64,000 nt of DNA, taken from assembly GCA_000146465.1 (NCBI GenBank), contig CP001942.1; one strand, 5' to 3'. The translations under genes were made by a program, and so were the position numbers. The notes under the pieces were generated by a model, which was not told where the DNA came from, made no database searches, and saw only the letters and a list, made by a program, of their open reading frames with translations. Positions 32,601-42,173 of the stretch are shown here, piece by piece; position 1 is the stretch's first letter; each line of letters begins with the position of its first letter.

Positions 32601-32739
32601 GATGGAATTTGGCCTATTTGATGGAAAGACCTTCCAGCCGGTCGAGTCAAAAATTAGAATTGGATTTAATTTCTGTGCAGATCACAAAAGTTTAAAAATC
32701 AGAAAGAAAGGAATTCTTAGTGATTTCTTTGGATTCTAA
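29683..32739 (+). CDS. Tricalbin / extended-synaptotagmin-like ER-plasma-membrane tether (TM hairpin, SMP domain, multiple C2 domains)
   Basis: 1018 aa. N-terminal hydrophobic hairpin. SMP block ETVEWLNYALKKFWEVAEPVISAEVYQ. Several C2-like repeats downstream. Confidence 0.7.
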   Translation: MEEFSTTSNRREKLSKPLLPEDIPKRVDEPQLKIHERSVEEFQDILDIEPKEGLFFYIRIPGLIFVGSVVGYIIGKMGFSIVNLFFVGYVIFFIYNRKVERFTRSLKSLVYHSARREKARNNGETVEWLNYALKKFWEVAEPVISAEVYQQVNNELLKVSPPFLNGLRLIEFTLGSRSPFIEGISYISMDGNTLAIEVEVAFVPLEISRDVVNYLENDSKNWNSKIQLSARVGTRNGIGINLPILVKELFFKGRVRIVANLFSKNMFVKDVEICLMDSPEFDFTLVPLKMVDIMDVPGLSRWIRSIINSSLATTVINPNSMTIDVDRISKDKGKIIGVVCLQILNLENEDDERLTVEIDVDGRVGYQTRYGEGKGIVYNEHFYMPIENVDSRIGLSLRSESRKTRRRNGSIFLKNLPLDKIEESVDNEWYEPRRTFFCSTRLVKDEQTYSFVNTNLQFYPIQKERSNSGIVKMTLVGIEDLRGNKASKAYTYSTFCTVIVSPINREESSIPIGFIENTVSATAMMMSGIVKTTGNMISNIIPGIETTTTRLLPSSKNTFYVFESKRIFGTNSPIYNESFTFFCRDIQVDVVSICVMNDKTSEVIGRVSIPVRDIHFNKKEKYKLNDAHSGRMELSFTIDYVDMVDKEIGFVDYERMLKISVDSMNEKGVYYAIFETNTDCFRMETFTSALPIKRRIYVPVQKENSLRFRLYKETINGDVFIGEDKINCSPCDGVRREAFLLDEQISLTLSIEEESLRDYSGAPDEKNNIKVIQAKFGKFYGYSQEMFIEFSNKYGAIGASGFTRGGKLNDTFTFIAGNEEIYAIIKSGDQTVNQTLGQCIIPKRTLKEKVMLNEHGLSVDMEVKIQGCSYKPASMLKTGYLEVYIKNGSNIRSSVQSPIDTYCKILVNETKVYTTKPVRKNNNPVFNESFIMEIDKTKDVFGIQICDYNVSERNALLYYTEFSLHNLSEGFSEMEFGLFDGKTFQPVESKIRIGFNFCADHKSLKIRKKGILSDFFGF

Positions 32740-32775
32740 GTTAGATTCATTAAAACACAAACAAAATATGCTCCA

Positions 32776-33171
32776 CTACTCTTCTTTATAAATCTTGTTG
32801 AAATCTTCAAGTCTCATCTTTCTATCTTTAAACATATCGATCATCATGTCGATGTAACTTTCTTTGAAAGAAAGGCCATAACTCCTAAGGATTGCCTCCA
32901 GGTCCGATCTATCTATGTAGCCCTTCTGGCCTTTGTCCCAAGAGTTGAAGACATCCAAGCTTCCAGCTCTTTTCAATACTAGGATTTCAAGAATCGAATG
33001 GAATTCATCTCCTGTTACAGTGCTCCCAAGAGATTGAGTTAGCTGGGACACTTGCTGGGGATTTAGGTGCAAGAATACAATATCTATGAACTCCTTGAGA
33101 TCCTCAAGGGTCATCGTGGTGCCATTGCTTACCAAATCATATATTTTGTCCGACTCCCTATCCTTTATCAT
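32776..33171 (-). CDS. Small EF-hand protein (calmodulin- or myosin-light-chain-like, degenerate loops)
   Basis: 131 aa. One recognisable Ca-loop-like segment (DKGQKGYIDRSDLEAIL) and helical EF pairs. Loop positions 3 and 5 are non-canonical. Confidence 0.45.
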   Translation of the reverse strand: MIKDRESDKIYDLVSNGTTMTLEDLKEFIDIVFLHLNPQQVSQLTQSLGSTVTGDEFHSILEILVLKRAGSLDVFNSWDKGQKGYIDRSDLEAILRSYGLSFKESYIDMMIDMFKDRKMRLEDFNKIYKEE

Positions 33172-33417
33172 ATGGGTTGGAAGTAGCCCAACATCAATTG
33201 AAACAAGTTATGGCTTTAGAAACACCATTTGGTGCCCTATGACGGCATTCAAGTGGGTGATATATTAAGGTAATAGAAGGGTTATTGCCTTGTGAAATTG
33301 ACAACCTTTCGATGGGGTGTATTTAGATTTAGAAGGAGATAATGAATTCTATATAAGGAAAAAGAATTGTTATTCTTTTTATTTCTAAATATAAATAAAG
33401 GATAAACATAAAGTTCA
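33172..33417. promoter_or_regulatory. AT-rich divergent promoter region between the EF-hand gene (-) and the Ser/Thr-rich surface-protein gene (+)
   Basis: The 246-bp spacer is long for this genome and very AT-rich (tatataaggaaaaagaattgttattctttttatttctaaatataaataaagg). Its position fits a strong promoter for a structural-protein gene. Confidence 0.35.
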
Positions 33418-34086
33418 ATGATTAGAAAGAGTCTTTTCATTTTGGTTGCAACTGGAATGGGAATCATAAAGGCCACAGGAGGAGAAGGAGGCCTCTACAT
33501 ACCTAGCACCATCTTACGAGAGTTAGGAAGTGCTTCCATGGGAGGATATCTCATGATTGCAGAAACAGGAAATGGAGACTTCGGAATTGTAAGCAGTTCT
33601 GAGTCCCCATACATCATAGAGAGTGGAGTACATTCGGAAGTAGCCTGGCAACCGGTGAATGGAGACAATAGAGCAGTTCCCGTCTATGCCCCCTCTCCTG
33701 CAGAAATTCGAGAGAGCATCCCGACTGTATATGGAGAGCCATCCCAGTACATGGGTCCACAACAAGAAGGATTTGTCCCTGCCTCTACACCTGTGGTTAC
33801 ATCTGTTGAGGAGACTGGATCTACATCTGGAGTGTCTACTGGCGCCATTGTAGCCGGAACAACCGCAGGAGTTGCAACTGGAGCTGCTACAGGAGCTGCA
33901 GTGTCTTCCACCACATCTGAGACCAAAGATACCACTGCTGCAGGAACCACCACTGGAAAGACTTCTGGAGACAAGACAAGCACAACCAAAGACACCAAGA
34001 CCTCCACCAAGACCAAGAAGAAGGGAGCCAAGAGCCTTGTAGCCCTCAGTGCAGTTGCAGTTACAGCATTGTTCTCAATCTTGTGA
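33418..34086 (+). CDS. Ser/Thr/Gly/Ala-rich secreted protein with predicted signal peptide and C-terminal hydrophobic (GPI-anchor-like) tail. Candidate microsporidian endospore/spore-wall protein (EnP2/SWP3-like).
   Basis: 222 aa. N-terminal MIRKSLFILVATGMGIIKA. The central and C-terminal region is low-complexity T/S/A/G repeats (TAGVATGAATGAAVSSTTSETKDTTAAGTTTGKTSGDKTSTTKDTKTSTKTKKKG). It ends in the hydrophobic SLVALSAVAVTALFSIL. The antisense ORF 33684..34103 is a composition artefact. Confidence 0.55.
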   Translation: MIRKSLFILVATGMGIIKATGGEGGLYIPSTILRELGSASMGGYLMIAETGNGDFGIVSSSESPYIIESGVHSEVAWQPVNGDNRAVPVYAPSPAEIRESIPTVYGEPSQYMGPQQEGFVPASTPVVTSVEETGSTSGVSTGAIVAGTTAGVATGAATGAAVSSTTSETKDTTAAGTTTGKTSGDKTSTTKDTKTSTKTKKKGAKSLVALSAVAVTALFSIL

Positions 34087-34267
34087 TGTAAATAAATTTT
34101 CAAGCATCAATTGTAAAATATTCTTGGTCTTTCTAACTCTATGAATTGAAGATTGTCTCTCCTGTAGGATTGTCGTTCTTCATAGGCGTTGTACAAGATT
34201 TCCAATTTCTTTTGTCTACGATGGAATTTTCTAAGGTAAAATTTTCTTTAGGGCAGCCCTGGTAAAA

Positions 34268-34663
34268 ATGCCTGAGGAAGCGAAGTACACATGGGATCAA
34301 GAGCTTAACGAAATTAATATCCGACTTCCAATGCCCAAGGACACAGATAACAGCTTGATAAAGATTGATGTGGTGGGAAGGAAGGTCCTTGTGAAAATAC
34401 AGGACGAAGTGATGATAGATGGAGAGTTTTTACACGAGGTAGACGTCTCGAGTCTTTGGTGGGTGGTTGAAGGAGACATGGTTGATGTCAATATAACAAA
34501 GAAAAGAAATGAATGGTGGGACAGTCTGTTAGTAGGGTCTGAGACAATCGATGTCCAAAGGTTGGCTGAGGATAAGCATGCAGACATAAGTATGCTCGAT
34601 CCGGAGGCCAGAGAGGTTGTGGAAAAGATGATGCACAACACAAGCAAAAAGGACTTGGAATAA
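34268..34663 (+). CDS. CS-domain protein (NudC/p23-like co-chaperone fold)
   Basis: 131 aa. YTWDQELNEINIRLPMPKD...IKIDVVGRKVLVKIQDEVMIDGEFLHEVDVSSLWWVVEGD follows the CS/NudC beta-sandwich pattern. Confidence 0.55.
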   Translation: MPEEAKYTWDQELNEINIRLPMPKDTDNSLIKIDVVGRKVLVKIQDEVMIDGEFLHEVDVSSLWWVVEGDMVDVNITKKRNEWWDSLLVGSETIDVQRLAEDKHADISMLDPEAREVVEKMMHNTSKKDLE

Positions 34664-34758
34664 GCTATATGATTAAAGTCTTATGAGCCTTATTTGCATA
34701 GATTGTCTTTTTTCAGGTCTAGGGAAAATATTTCAAAAAATAAACAGAGGAAGGGCTT

Positions 34759-37701
34759 ATGACGGCGAAGGATCTTAAGAAGATTATGGAGAAGGAGGCG
34801 TCAAGGGTAAAGAGCCTTAGCTTCCACCCGACAAAGCCTGTAATAATTTCGGGGCATCATAGCGGATCCATAAAGGCATGGGACTACCAGATGGGTGTTT
34901 GCATCCACGAGTTTCTTGACCACGACGGATCTGTAAGGGCTGTCTTGTTCCATCCTAGGGGGGATTTCTTTGTAAGCGGAGGAGACGACAAGGTTATAAG
35001 GGTATGGAGTTATACAGAAAGAAGAATCACAAACAAGCTTCGGGGACATGACGATTTTATCAGATCATTGGATTTCCACCCAACAAAGCCTTGGATCCTC
35101 AGTGCATCTGACGACCAAACAATAATGGTATGGAATATGCTAACAGGCAAACTTCTTGCGACTGCTAGAGGGCATTGCCATTATGTTATGGCAGCCAAGT
35201 TTTTGGGAGAGGAGTCTATTGTGAGTGGATCGCTGGACCAGTCGATAAGGATTTGGGACTGCAAGGGACTAAAGGAGGGAGGCAAAAAGAACTCGCTACT
35301 GCCGGATATAGTTATAAAGCAGATTGTAGATGGACACGATAGAGGAATCAATGCAATAGCTGCGAAGGATGGAGTTTTTGTAAGCGGGGGAGACGACAGA
35401 GACATCAAGTGCTGGGAATGGTCTGAGACCTCTGTCTGGGAGAAGGAAGTTATGTACAATCATCAGGGACCTGTTACTGGGCTTCTTTGTGATAGGGAGT
35501 ACGTGCTAAGCTCTGGAGAAGACGGGCTGTTTTCGATATACAACACAGAAACCAGGAAATCAATTGAACGCCGCACAGAAGGGAGGTATTGGTGTGTAGC
35601 CAACAAAGGAAATCTGTATGCAGCAGGCCATGACTCCGGCTTTGAAGTGTATATTTATTCTGAACCAAAGATCATCTGTACACATGGGCAAGGATTTTTC
35701 TATTTGAAGAACTCTCGGATTCATTACAGCGACTTCAAAACAGAGAAAGTCCTCCTGAAGCCAAAGAAAGACGTTACTTCGATCTGTGCCAAAGGGGAAT
35801 ATCTTCTTGTCCAATATGATGGTAAGTTTAATGTCCTTATCGACGGAAAGGTTGTAGTAGAGGAATCAGGAGAAGGAGACCTATTTGAGAACTCGGAAGG
35901 AGATGTAGAGTTAATTGTAAAGAATGAGGAAGGAGCTTATAGAGGAGGGATTTCCTCTCGGAATAAGCATCTTCTCTCTTCATCCAAAGGGAGTCTTTTC
36001 CCTGGAAGTAACGAGTTTTTCTTCCTGGTGAATGGAAGAAGTATTACAATGTGCTTTGTTGAAGGAGAGGAGAAAACATTCAATATTCCATTCCATCTGA
36101 CCAAAATAGTTTGCTCCAACAGTAGAATATCATTTGTTGGGAACAATGATATTTTGATTTACAACCTTGATTTGAGTCCTGTAAATAGCATTAATGAGAT
36201 AGTTCCGATTATTGATGGATTTTTCCATGAGGATATTTTCATCTATGCTACTCATCGGCACCTGAAGTATGCCTTTGAAGATTCAGGAGTGTTAAAAAGC
36301 ATTGAAAAGCCTATCCTTCCATTTGCTCTTGAGGAGGGGAAGACCATTTACTTCCTGTCTGACGATGGAATTGAATGTGTTGATGTGGAATTGATCGAAG
36401 TGAAGTTCAAGAAGGCAGTCCTAATGGAAGAAGACATAGCTCCTCTTATTGAAGAGGGAGCGATGCCGGGTCTGTCGCCTCTTTCCTATCTTGTTAGGCA
36501 GAAAAAGGGAGCTCTAGCTCTCCCATATATCAAGGACAGGAGACAGCGGTTTGAACTTTGTCTCAGTGACTTGAGATTAGATGAGTGTATGGAGTACTGC
36601 ATACAGGAGGGAGATGTGGATATGAACAGGAGACTTGCAGATGCAGCCATAAGAGAGTGTAGAGTAGACATAGCCGAAAGGTGTCTCGAAAGCACAAGGG
36701 AATGGAATATGTTGTTTATGCTCTATGTGTGCTCGAGGGATGATGAGAAAATCAGGGAACTTGCTGAAAAAGTAGACCCTGTCACAAAAAATATGATTAT
36801 GATGTATTTGGAAGATGTAGAATATTTCAAAAAGACCAAGGTTATTGGAGAGTACAAAGGAGAGAATGGGAACAAGAATCCAACCCCGGATGTTAGCTCA
36901 TGGGGGCGTGGAGAGAGTAAGGAAATAGATTTTCAATCCACCGCCAAGAACGATTCGGATTTTTTTGAGATATCTCCGAGCTCAAATGATATTCCACAAA
37001 GATGGAACTACAATGAAAAAGACGATGTCCAGTCTGAGGACGAGATACATTCAGATCTCTCTGAAACAGAGGAGAAATGGAATGAGAGAAGCCTTCCTGT
37101 GGACGAGAAGTCTTTGCAAGAGAGTGCCTACCTTGAAAGTTCGGAGGGTATGAATGAGATACTAGAAAGAGGCCTGTCTCTGACGACCGAAGGGAAGTTT
37201 GGCAAAGCAATAGAGGCTTTCCGGGAAGGGATGGTGAAGATTGCACTCTACATTAGAGATAATAATGCGAGCGAGTCCTTTTTAGAGGAGAGAAGGAAAA
37301 TCGGATCTTATATTTCTGGTTTGGTGGTTGAAAAGATAAGGAGAAAGACCGATTCGCCTTTGAAGAACATTATGATGGCCAAGTACTTTTCGGAGCTCCC
37401 GCTGGAGAAGGAGCATCACGTCCTAGCCTCATCCACAGCCATCATGGTGTTCAGAAAGAACGGAAATTTGAAACAGGCTAAGGAGTTAGCGATGGAGCTC
37501 AGGAAGGAGGGAAAGGATAGTAAGGTCATTGAGAAAGCAATTGAGGAAGAAAATCCAAAGGACGAGCATGAGCTTCCTGAAGGGGTTTTTTGCCATGACA
37601 TCCTAGAGACAAGGACTAGTGCTAAAACATGCTTGCTATGCTTCGTCAACAGCTCTAGTGGCAATATATGTACAAGCTGCAGGGTTGGAGTCCTTCAATA
37701 A
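34759..37701 (+). CDS. COPA: Coatomer (COPI) alpha subunit, reduced length
   Basis: 980 aa. The N-terminal WD40 propeller, [65 protein letters not shown]...[21 protein letters not shown], is near-collinear with COPA (FHPKRPWILTSLHNG...[21 protein letters not shown]). A helical C-terminal domain follows. Confidence 0.85.
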   Translation: [980 protein letters not shown]

Positions 37702-37790
37702 TAATAAAAACTCTGTGCTATTTCCCCGTCATTTGTCTACCCTATTGGCCTCCAAAATTCAGATTCTCTTAGATAAGCCCTTGGGGTGGT

Positions 37791-39017
37791 ATGAATAACA
37801 AAGAGAAACAGAAATCCAAAGAGAACTTGAACAGTACTTTGGGGCTTCCCCAGGAGCTGATCGGAAGGATTATGGCCCACTCAAATGTGAAACATGTAAA
37901 GAGACTAATGAAATGCAACTCACTTCTCTTTACAAAACTGAGGAACGATTTTTCTGTGTGGGGATTCTTTACATCTGGAAGGTATCCGTGCATTGCTGGA
38001 TATATAAGTGAAATTAAGAATAAATACACATTGATGAAGAACATATCCCGGTCCCGGAACGAAAGAAGCGTTGACTTCGAGACCAATCAATCGGATATCA
38101 CGTTTATGCAGATAGACAGAGACAGAATAGTATGTTCTTCGGACGATCAAACTATAAAGATATTTGGAATGGATGGACGGCTCATAAGGACGTTTATCGG
38201 CCATAAGGGAGGAGTGTGGACCTTTATGCTCAATAACAAGCATCTTGTAAGCGGAAGTACGGATAAAACAGCTAGGATCTGGGATTTGTGGACAGGATGT
38301 ACTCTTTGTGTTCTTTCCGGGCACAAGTCTGTTGTCAGATCTTTGAAGATTTATGAAGACTATATTGCAACTGGGAGCAGAGATTCTGAAATAAGAATTT
38401 GGAATTTCAGAGGGACATGCCTTAATGTACTCAAGGGGCACACAATGAGCGTCAGATGCATGGACATGAATGAGAGCTATCTCGTAAGTGGGTCCTATGA
38501 CGGAAGTGTTGCCCTGTGGGACTACAGAAGAGGGAAGCTTCTAAGATATTTAAAGTCGCATTCTCTTAGGGTATATTCTGTCTCTCTTTCTCTAAACTAT
38601 GTTGCATCAGGGAGCCTGGATTCTAGTGTTCACGTTTCAACACTGGATGGGAAGCTTGTGTGTTCATACAAGATCCACCGCTCGTTAGTGATCTGGCTTA
38701 AGTTTGTTAACAACGGTCGATACCTGCTTAGTTCAGGAGCGGATGGGATCCTATGCAAATGGGATCTTCGAGAAAACATTCTCGTTTATAAGATCGAAGA
38801 AAATGGCCATATAACAGCGCAAGCGGTTATCGAGGATTTACTGATAGTCGGAACCAAGAGAGAAGTGAAGATATATAACTTAAGCGATGGAAGCTTTATC
38901 AGAACTCTCTTTTCTGCATCATCTCTGATAAGTAAGGTTGAGGTGTCTGGTCGATGCATATCCGTTGGATATTACTCGGATTCAGGAGCCTGTAGATTGA
39001 TAGTATTCAATTATTGA
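37791..39017 (+). CDS. F-box/WD40-repeat protein (Cdc4/Met30/beta-TrCP-like SCF substrate adaptor)
   Basis: 408 aa. F-box-like [32 protein letters not shown], then about 7 WD repeats ([29 protein letters not shown], ...). Confidence 0.75.
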   Translation: MNNKEKQKSKENLNSTLGLPQELIGRIMAHSNVKHVKRLMKCNSLLFTKLRNDFSVWGFFTSGRYPCIAGYISEIKNKYTLMKNISRSRNERSVDFETNQSDITFMQIDRDRIVCSSDDQTIKIFGMDGRLIRTFIGHKGGVWTFMLNNKHLVSGSTDKTARIWDLWTGCTLCVLSGHKSVVRSLKIYEDYIATGSRDSEIRIWNFRGTCLNVLKGHTMSVRCMDMNESYLVSGSYDGSVALWDYRRGKLLRYLKSHSLRVYSVSLSLNYVASGSLDSSVHVSTLDGKLVCSYKIHRSLVIWLKFVNNGRYLLSSGADGILCKWDLRENILVYKIEENGHITAQAVIEDLLIVGTKREVKIYNLSDGSFIRTLFSASSLISKVEVSGRCISVGYYSDSGACRLIVFNY

Positions 39018-39036
39018 AGAGCCAAGGCTGCAGAAG

Positions 39037-39417
39037 ATGAGACACAATTCCCAGCCCTTGCAAATGGCTCTCGGGCAGAAACTACAAAAAGGAATTCCAA
39101 AACCTTTGTATCACCGACTAGCAGACGAAGAGCTATCAGATCTATCAGAACATTTGGAAAGGAAGCTTTGCAACGAATATGCTGACTACAAGGACGGAAA
39201 TCTTCAGATCAGAATCGAGGGAATCGGGGAGTATATGTTCAATAAGCAGCCTGCTGCCATGCAGATATGGGCATCGTCTCCAATAACAGGGCCTAGGAAG
39301 TTTGATATATGCAAAAGGTATGAATGGATAGATCTAAGAAACAACATCTCACTTAGTGAATATGTCAAAGAAGAGCTGAAAAAGATACAAAGTAAAATAG
39401 GCAGAAAAGATAAATAG
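39037..39417 (+). CDS. YFH1: Frataxin (mitosomal Fe-S cluster assembly)
   Basis: 126 aa. [17 protein letters not shown]...[38 protein letters not shown] matches the frataxin/CyaY core, including the acidic ridge and the conserved W. Confidence 0.85.
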   Translation: MRHNSQPLQMALGQKLQKGIPKPLYHRLADEELSDLSEHLERKLCNEYADYKDGNLQIRIEGIGEYMFNKQPAAMQIWASSPITGPRKFDICKRYEWIDLRNNISLSEYVKEELKKIQSKIGRKDK

Positions 39418-39504
39418 AAAGACCATGTTTTCACATCTCGACGACGCTTATAAAGTAGAATTCTTTTATTCCACAAACCTTTTAATCTCACAATTCTTTG
39501 AAGC

Positions 39505-42102
39505 TTAATATCCCTTACTTATACCCAGGAGTTTGTCCTTCTCTTCAATTGTCCTCATCGTAACATAGTATGTTTTCCCGGTCTTCAGTGCAGAGTAGAG
39601 TTCACAAGAGACATCTCCAAGGACATAGCAAGACTTATGGACAATCATTTTGCAGTCTCTACATTCGAATCCCTGGTTGACAAGTCCATATAGAACCTCG
39701 TTACAGAAGTCACAGAGAGATCCCTGAGGTAGCGTCTTAGAAGCAAATAGGTGATTGTTAAACTCATAGATCTTCACAGGGTCATCAGGGATGCTCTCTT
39801 CAATCGTACTCTTTCGGCTTCTTTCGATTTCGGCCTTTAGCTGGCTTATCTTTCGGTTTGATCCCTCAAGCTGCATGTTTGCTTCCTCCAGTGTTTTTCC
39901 CTGAAGTAGGGTCCTGATCTTTTCTATTCCTTCCTTGATGGCTATTTCCGTATTAAGGTCTTCTTCCAGAGATTTCAGGCTTCTTCGGCCTGCCGAGCTT
40001 ACACTTTTTACTTCCTCGTTCATAAAGATAATTTTCAAGGTCATTGGGATTTTCTTTTGGGGAAGATGGTGAAGTTCGTTGGGCCTTAGTTCTCCAACAT
40101 AGACATTAGAGATGTAATGTCTTTCCTCTCCAACCCACAGGTGGTCTTCTTCCACTCTTACAATAGTAGATTCTCCGTTAAGCAGATGGCACGAAAAGGA
40201 TTGCTTTCCAGCTACTCTATGAACCTTTGTTCTTTCTTTCTTTAGAAAGTTCAATTCTTCTTCTACACTCTTCCTAAGAAGAATTTCCTGGTTAAGCTTT
40301 TGCTCATATTCCTTAATCTCGGTAGCTTTTAGTCTAAGTTGCCTTTTCAGGCTATCCAAGCCCTCTGACTTGAGTTTCTCCGTGAGGATTTTATTCTCCG
40401 ATTCAAGTGTTGCTCTCATCCTGAGAATCTCTTGGCATTTCTCCCTATAAATCTCAATCTCGGATTTCAGCCCTTTGTTCTCTATAATCAGCTTATTCAT
40501 AGATTCCTGGAGGTTGCCAAAGATATCCATTATTTCTTCCGTTTCTCTCCTAGCTTCATGAATAGAAGAAGAGAGATCTTTAATCAGGACATCTTTCTTC
40601 CCCAAAGATTCAATTGATCCCAGGAGCCTGTCTACATTTTCCGGCATTTTCTCAGCAATAGAATATTCTTCAGAAAGGAAGTCCTTACTGTTCACTTCCT
40701 CGGTAATGCCTTTCAACCATTTTTTGTATCTCTCAAGCTCGGTCTTGGCTTCCTCCAATTCCTCTTTTTCTGCGAGGAGTTCTGTTAAGACCTCTTTCAG
40801 CTCCTTCTGATGCTTTTGGATCTCTCCTTTCGAATCTTCCAGTTTTATCTTGGCATTTTCGAGCTCGGCTTTCGTCCCCGTGAGCTCTTGGCTTTGTAAA
40901 TCAATAAGCCTTTTGTTCTCAGAAATCTTAATCAAAAGATTCTCAAGAGTCCCTTCATGCTCTCTAACCTTCAACTCAAGTTCGTTACTTGCTCTGTCCA
41001 TCTCCTTTTCCATCATAACACTGAACTTGGACACAAACTCGGGATCAAAAGTAAATCCCACAAACGGCATATAATTTCCTTTGACATCCGGCTTCCTTTT
41101 CTCAGGGTCGAATTGTGTGTCAACAAAATGGGATGTGTCGGAATCTCCACTGATTTCAGGAACAAAAGGTGGCTTAAGCTCCTTAAGCCTGTCCCAGTCT
41201 ATTCCTTTGAAAAAGGCATGAGACTTTATCTCATTAATTTTCATCCTTTTATCCTTCGTTGTTATTAGACTCTTAATCAGGCTCGTAAGCTCCGGAGACA
41301 CCTTGAAGGGAAATCCAAACTCAACCTTTGTTATCCTTCGATATGTTTCCATCAAAGTGTCGGAATAGAAGGGAGTTGTTCCGTAGATCATCTCGTAGAT
41401 TATAACTCCAAGCGTCCAGAAATCCACATCCTCCTCGTATTCACATTCTTCATTCACAGAGCACAATACATCCGGAGAAACATAGTCTGGTGTCCCAACC
41501 GTAATAGATGATCTTGCCTTTCCATCCCTCATCTTAATACAGCTACCAAAGTCCGCCAGCTTCACATGCCCATCAATTCCAATAAGTACATTGTCCGGTT
41601 TCAGGTCTCTGTGTATCCATCCCAGCTTGTGGAGTTCATCCAGTGCTGCAACTATCTCGGCCGTATAGAATCTCACCCAGTCCTCTTCTAGAACATCTTC
41701 CTTGGATAGGAGACCCATGAAGTCTCCTCCAGGAATAAAGTCCATTAAGTAGTAGAGATACTCCTCATCCTGCATTGTCATGTGTGCACACACAAGCCAT
41801 TCACTCCCAATACAATCAACCATCGCCTCCTTTTCAGCCATAAACAATGCTGTATGTGGCTGTCTGAGAACAAGCTCCTTAGAAACCCTTTTCATAGCAT
41901 ATATCTTTTCTCTTTTTACAAGAAAAACTTCCCCGTACCCACCTTTAGCCACATTCTTTATAATTTCGTAATCAGAGGGCTTTGTCTTTGCTCTAACAAT
42001 CTCCTTAATTCTCTCTAATGGCGCGCCTGTTCCCTTCCCAGAGACCTCATGGTAAACCGCTTCTAAACAGTCTCCAATTATGTTTATCCTCTCCCTCTCC
42101 AT
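39505..42102 (-). CDS. AGC-family Ser/Thr protein kinase with long coiled coil and C-terminal C1 (phorbol-ester/DAG-type zinc finger) domain (ROCK/MRCK/DMPK-like)
   Basis: 865 aa. Kinase subdomains GGYGEVFLVK, HRDLKPDNVLI, DFGSC and the AGC tail FVGFTF. About 300 aa of coiled coil. C1 domain HHLFASKTLPQGSLCDFCNEVLYGLVNQGFECRDCKMIVHKSC. Confidence 0.85.
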   Translation of the reverse strand: MERERINIIGDCLEAVYHEVSGKGTGAPLERIKEIVRAKTKPSDYEIIKNVAKGGYGEVFLVKREKIYAMKRVSKELVLRQPHTALFMAEKEAMVDCIGSEWLVCAHMTMQDEEYLYYLMDFIPGGDFMGLLSKEDVLEEDWVRFYTAEIVAALDELHKLGWIHRDLKPDNVLIGIDGHVKLADFGSCIKMRDGKARSSITVGTPDYVSPDVLCSVNEECEYEEDVDFWTLGVIIYEMIYGTTPFYSDTLMETYRRITKVEFGFPFKVSPELTSLIKSLITTKDKRMKINEIKSHAFFKGIDWDRLKELKPPFVPEISGDSDTSHFVDTQFDPEKRKPDVKGNYMPFVGFTFDPEFVSKFSVMMEKEMDRASNELELKVREHEGTLENLLIKISENKRLIDLQSQELTGTKAELENAKIKLEDSKGEIQKHQKELKEVLTELLAEKEELEEAKTELERYKKWLKGITEEVNSKDFLSEEYSIAEKMPENVDRLLGSIESLGKKDVLIKDLSSSIHEARRETEEIMDIFGNLQESMNKLIIENKGLKSEIEIYREKCQEILRMRATLESENKILTEKLKSEGLDSLKRQLRLKATEIKEYEQKLNQEILLRKSVEEELNFLKKERTKVHRVAGKQSFSCHLLNGESTIVRVEEDHLWVGEERHYISNVYVGELRPNELHHLPQKKIPMTLKIIFMNEEVKSVSSAGRRSLKSLEEDLNTEIAIKEGIEKIRTLLQGKTLEEANMQLEGSNRKISQLKAEIERSRKSTIEESIPDDPVKIYEFNNHLFASKTLPQGSLCDFCNEVLYGLVNQGFECRDCKMIVHKSCYVLGDVSCELYSALKTGKTYYVTMRTIEEKDKLLGISKGY

Positions 42103-42173
42103 AAGGACTTCGATTTTTAATGTTTTTACAGCAGAGAGGTCAGATGCTCTCAGGTGGTCGGGAGAAGAAGTAA

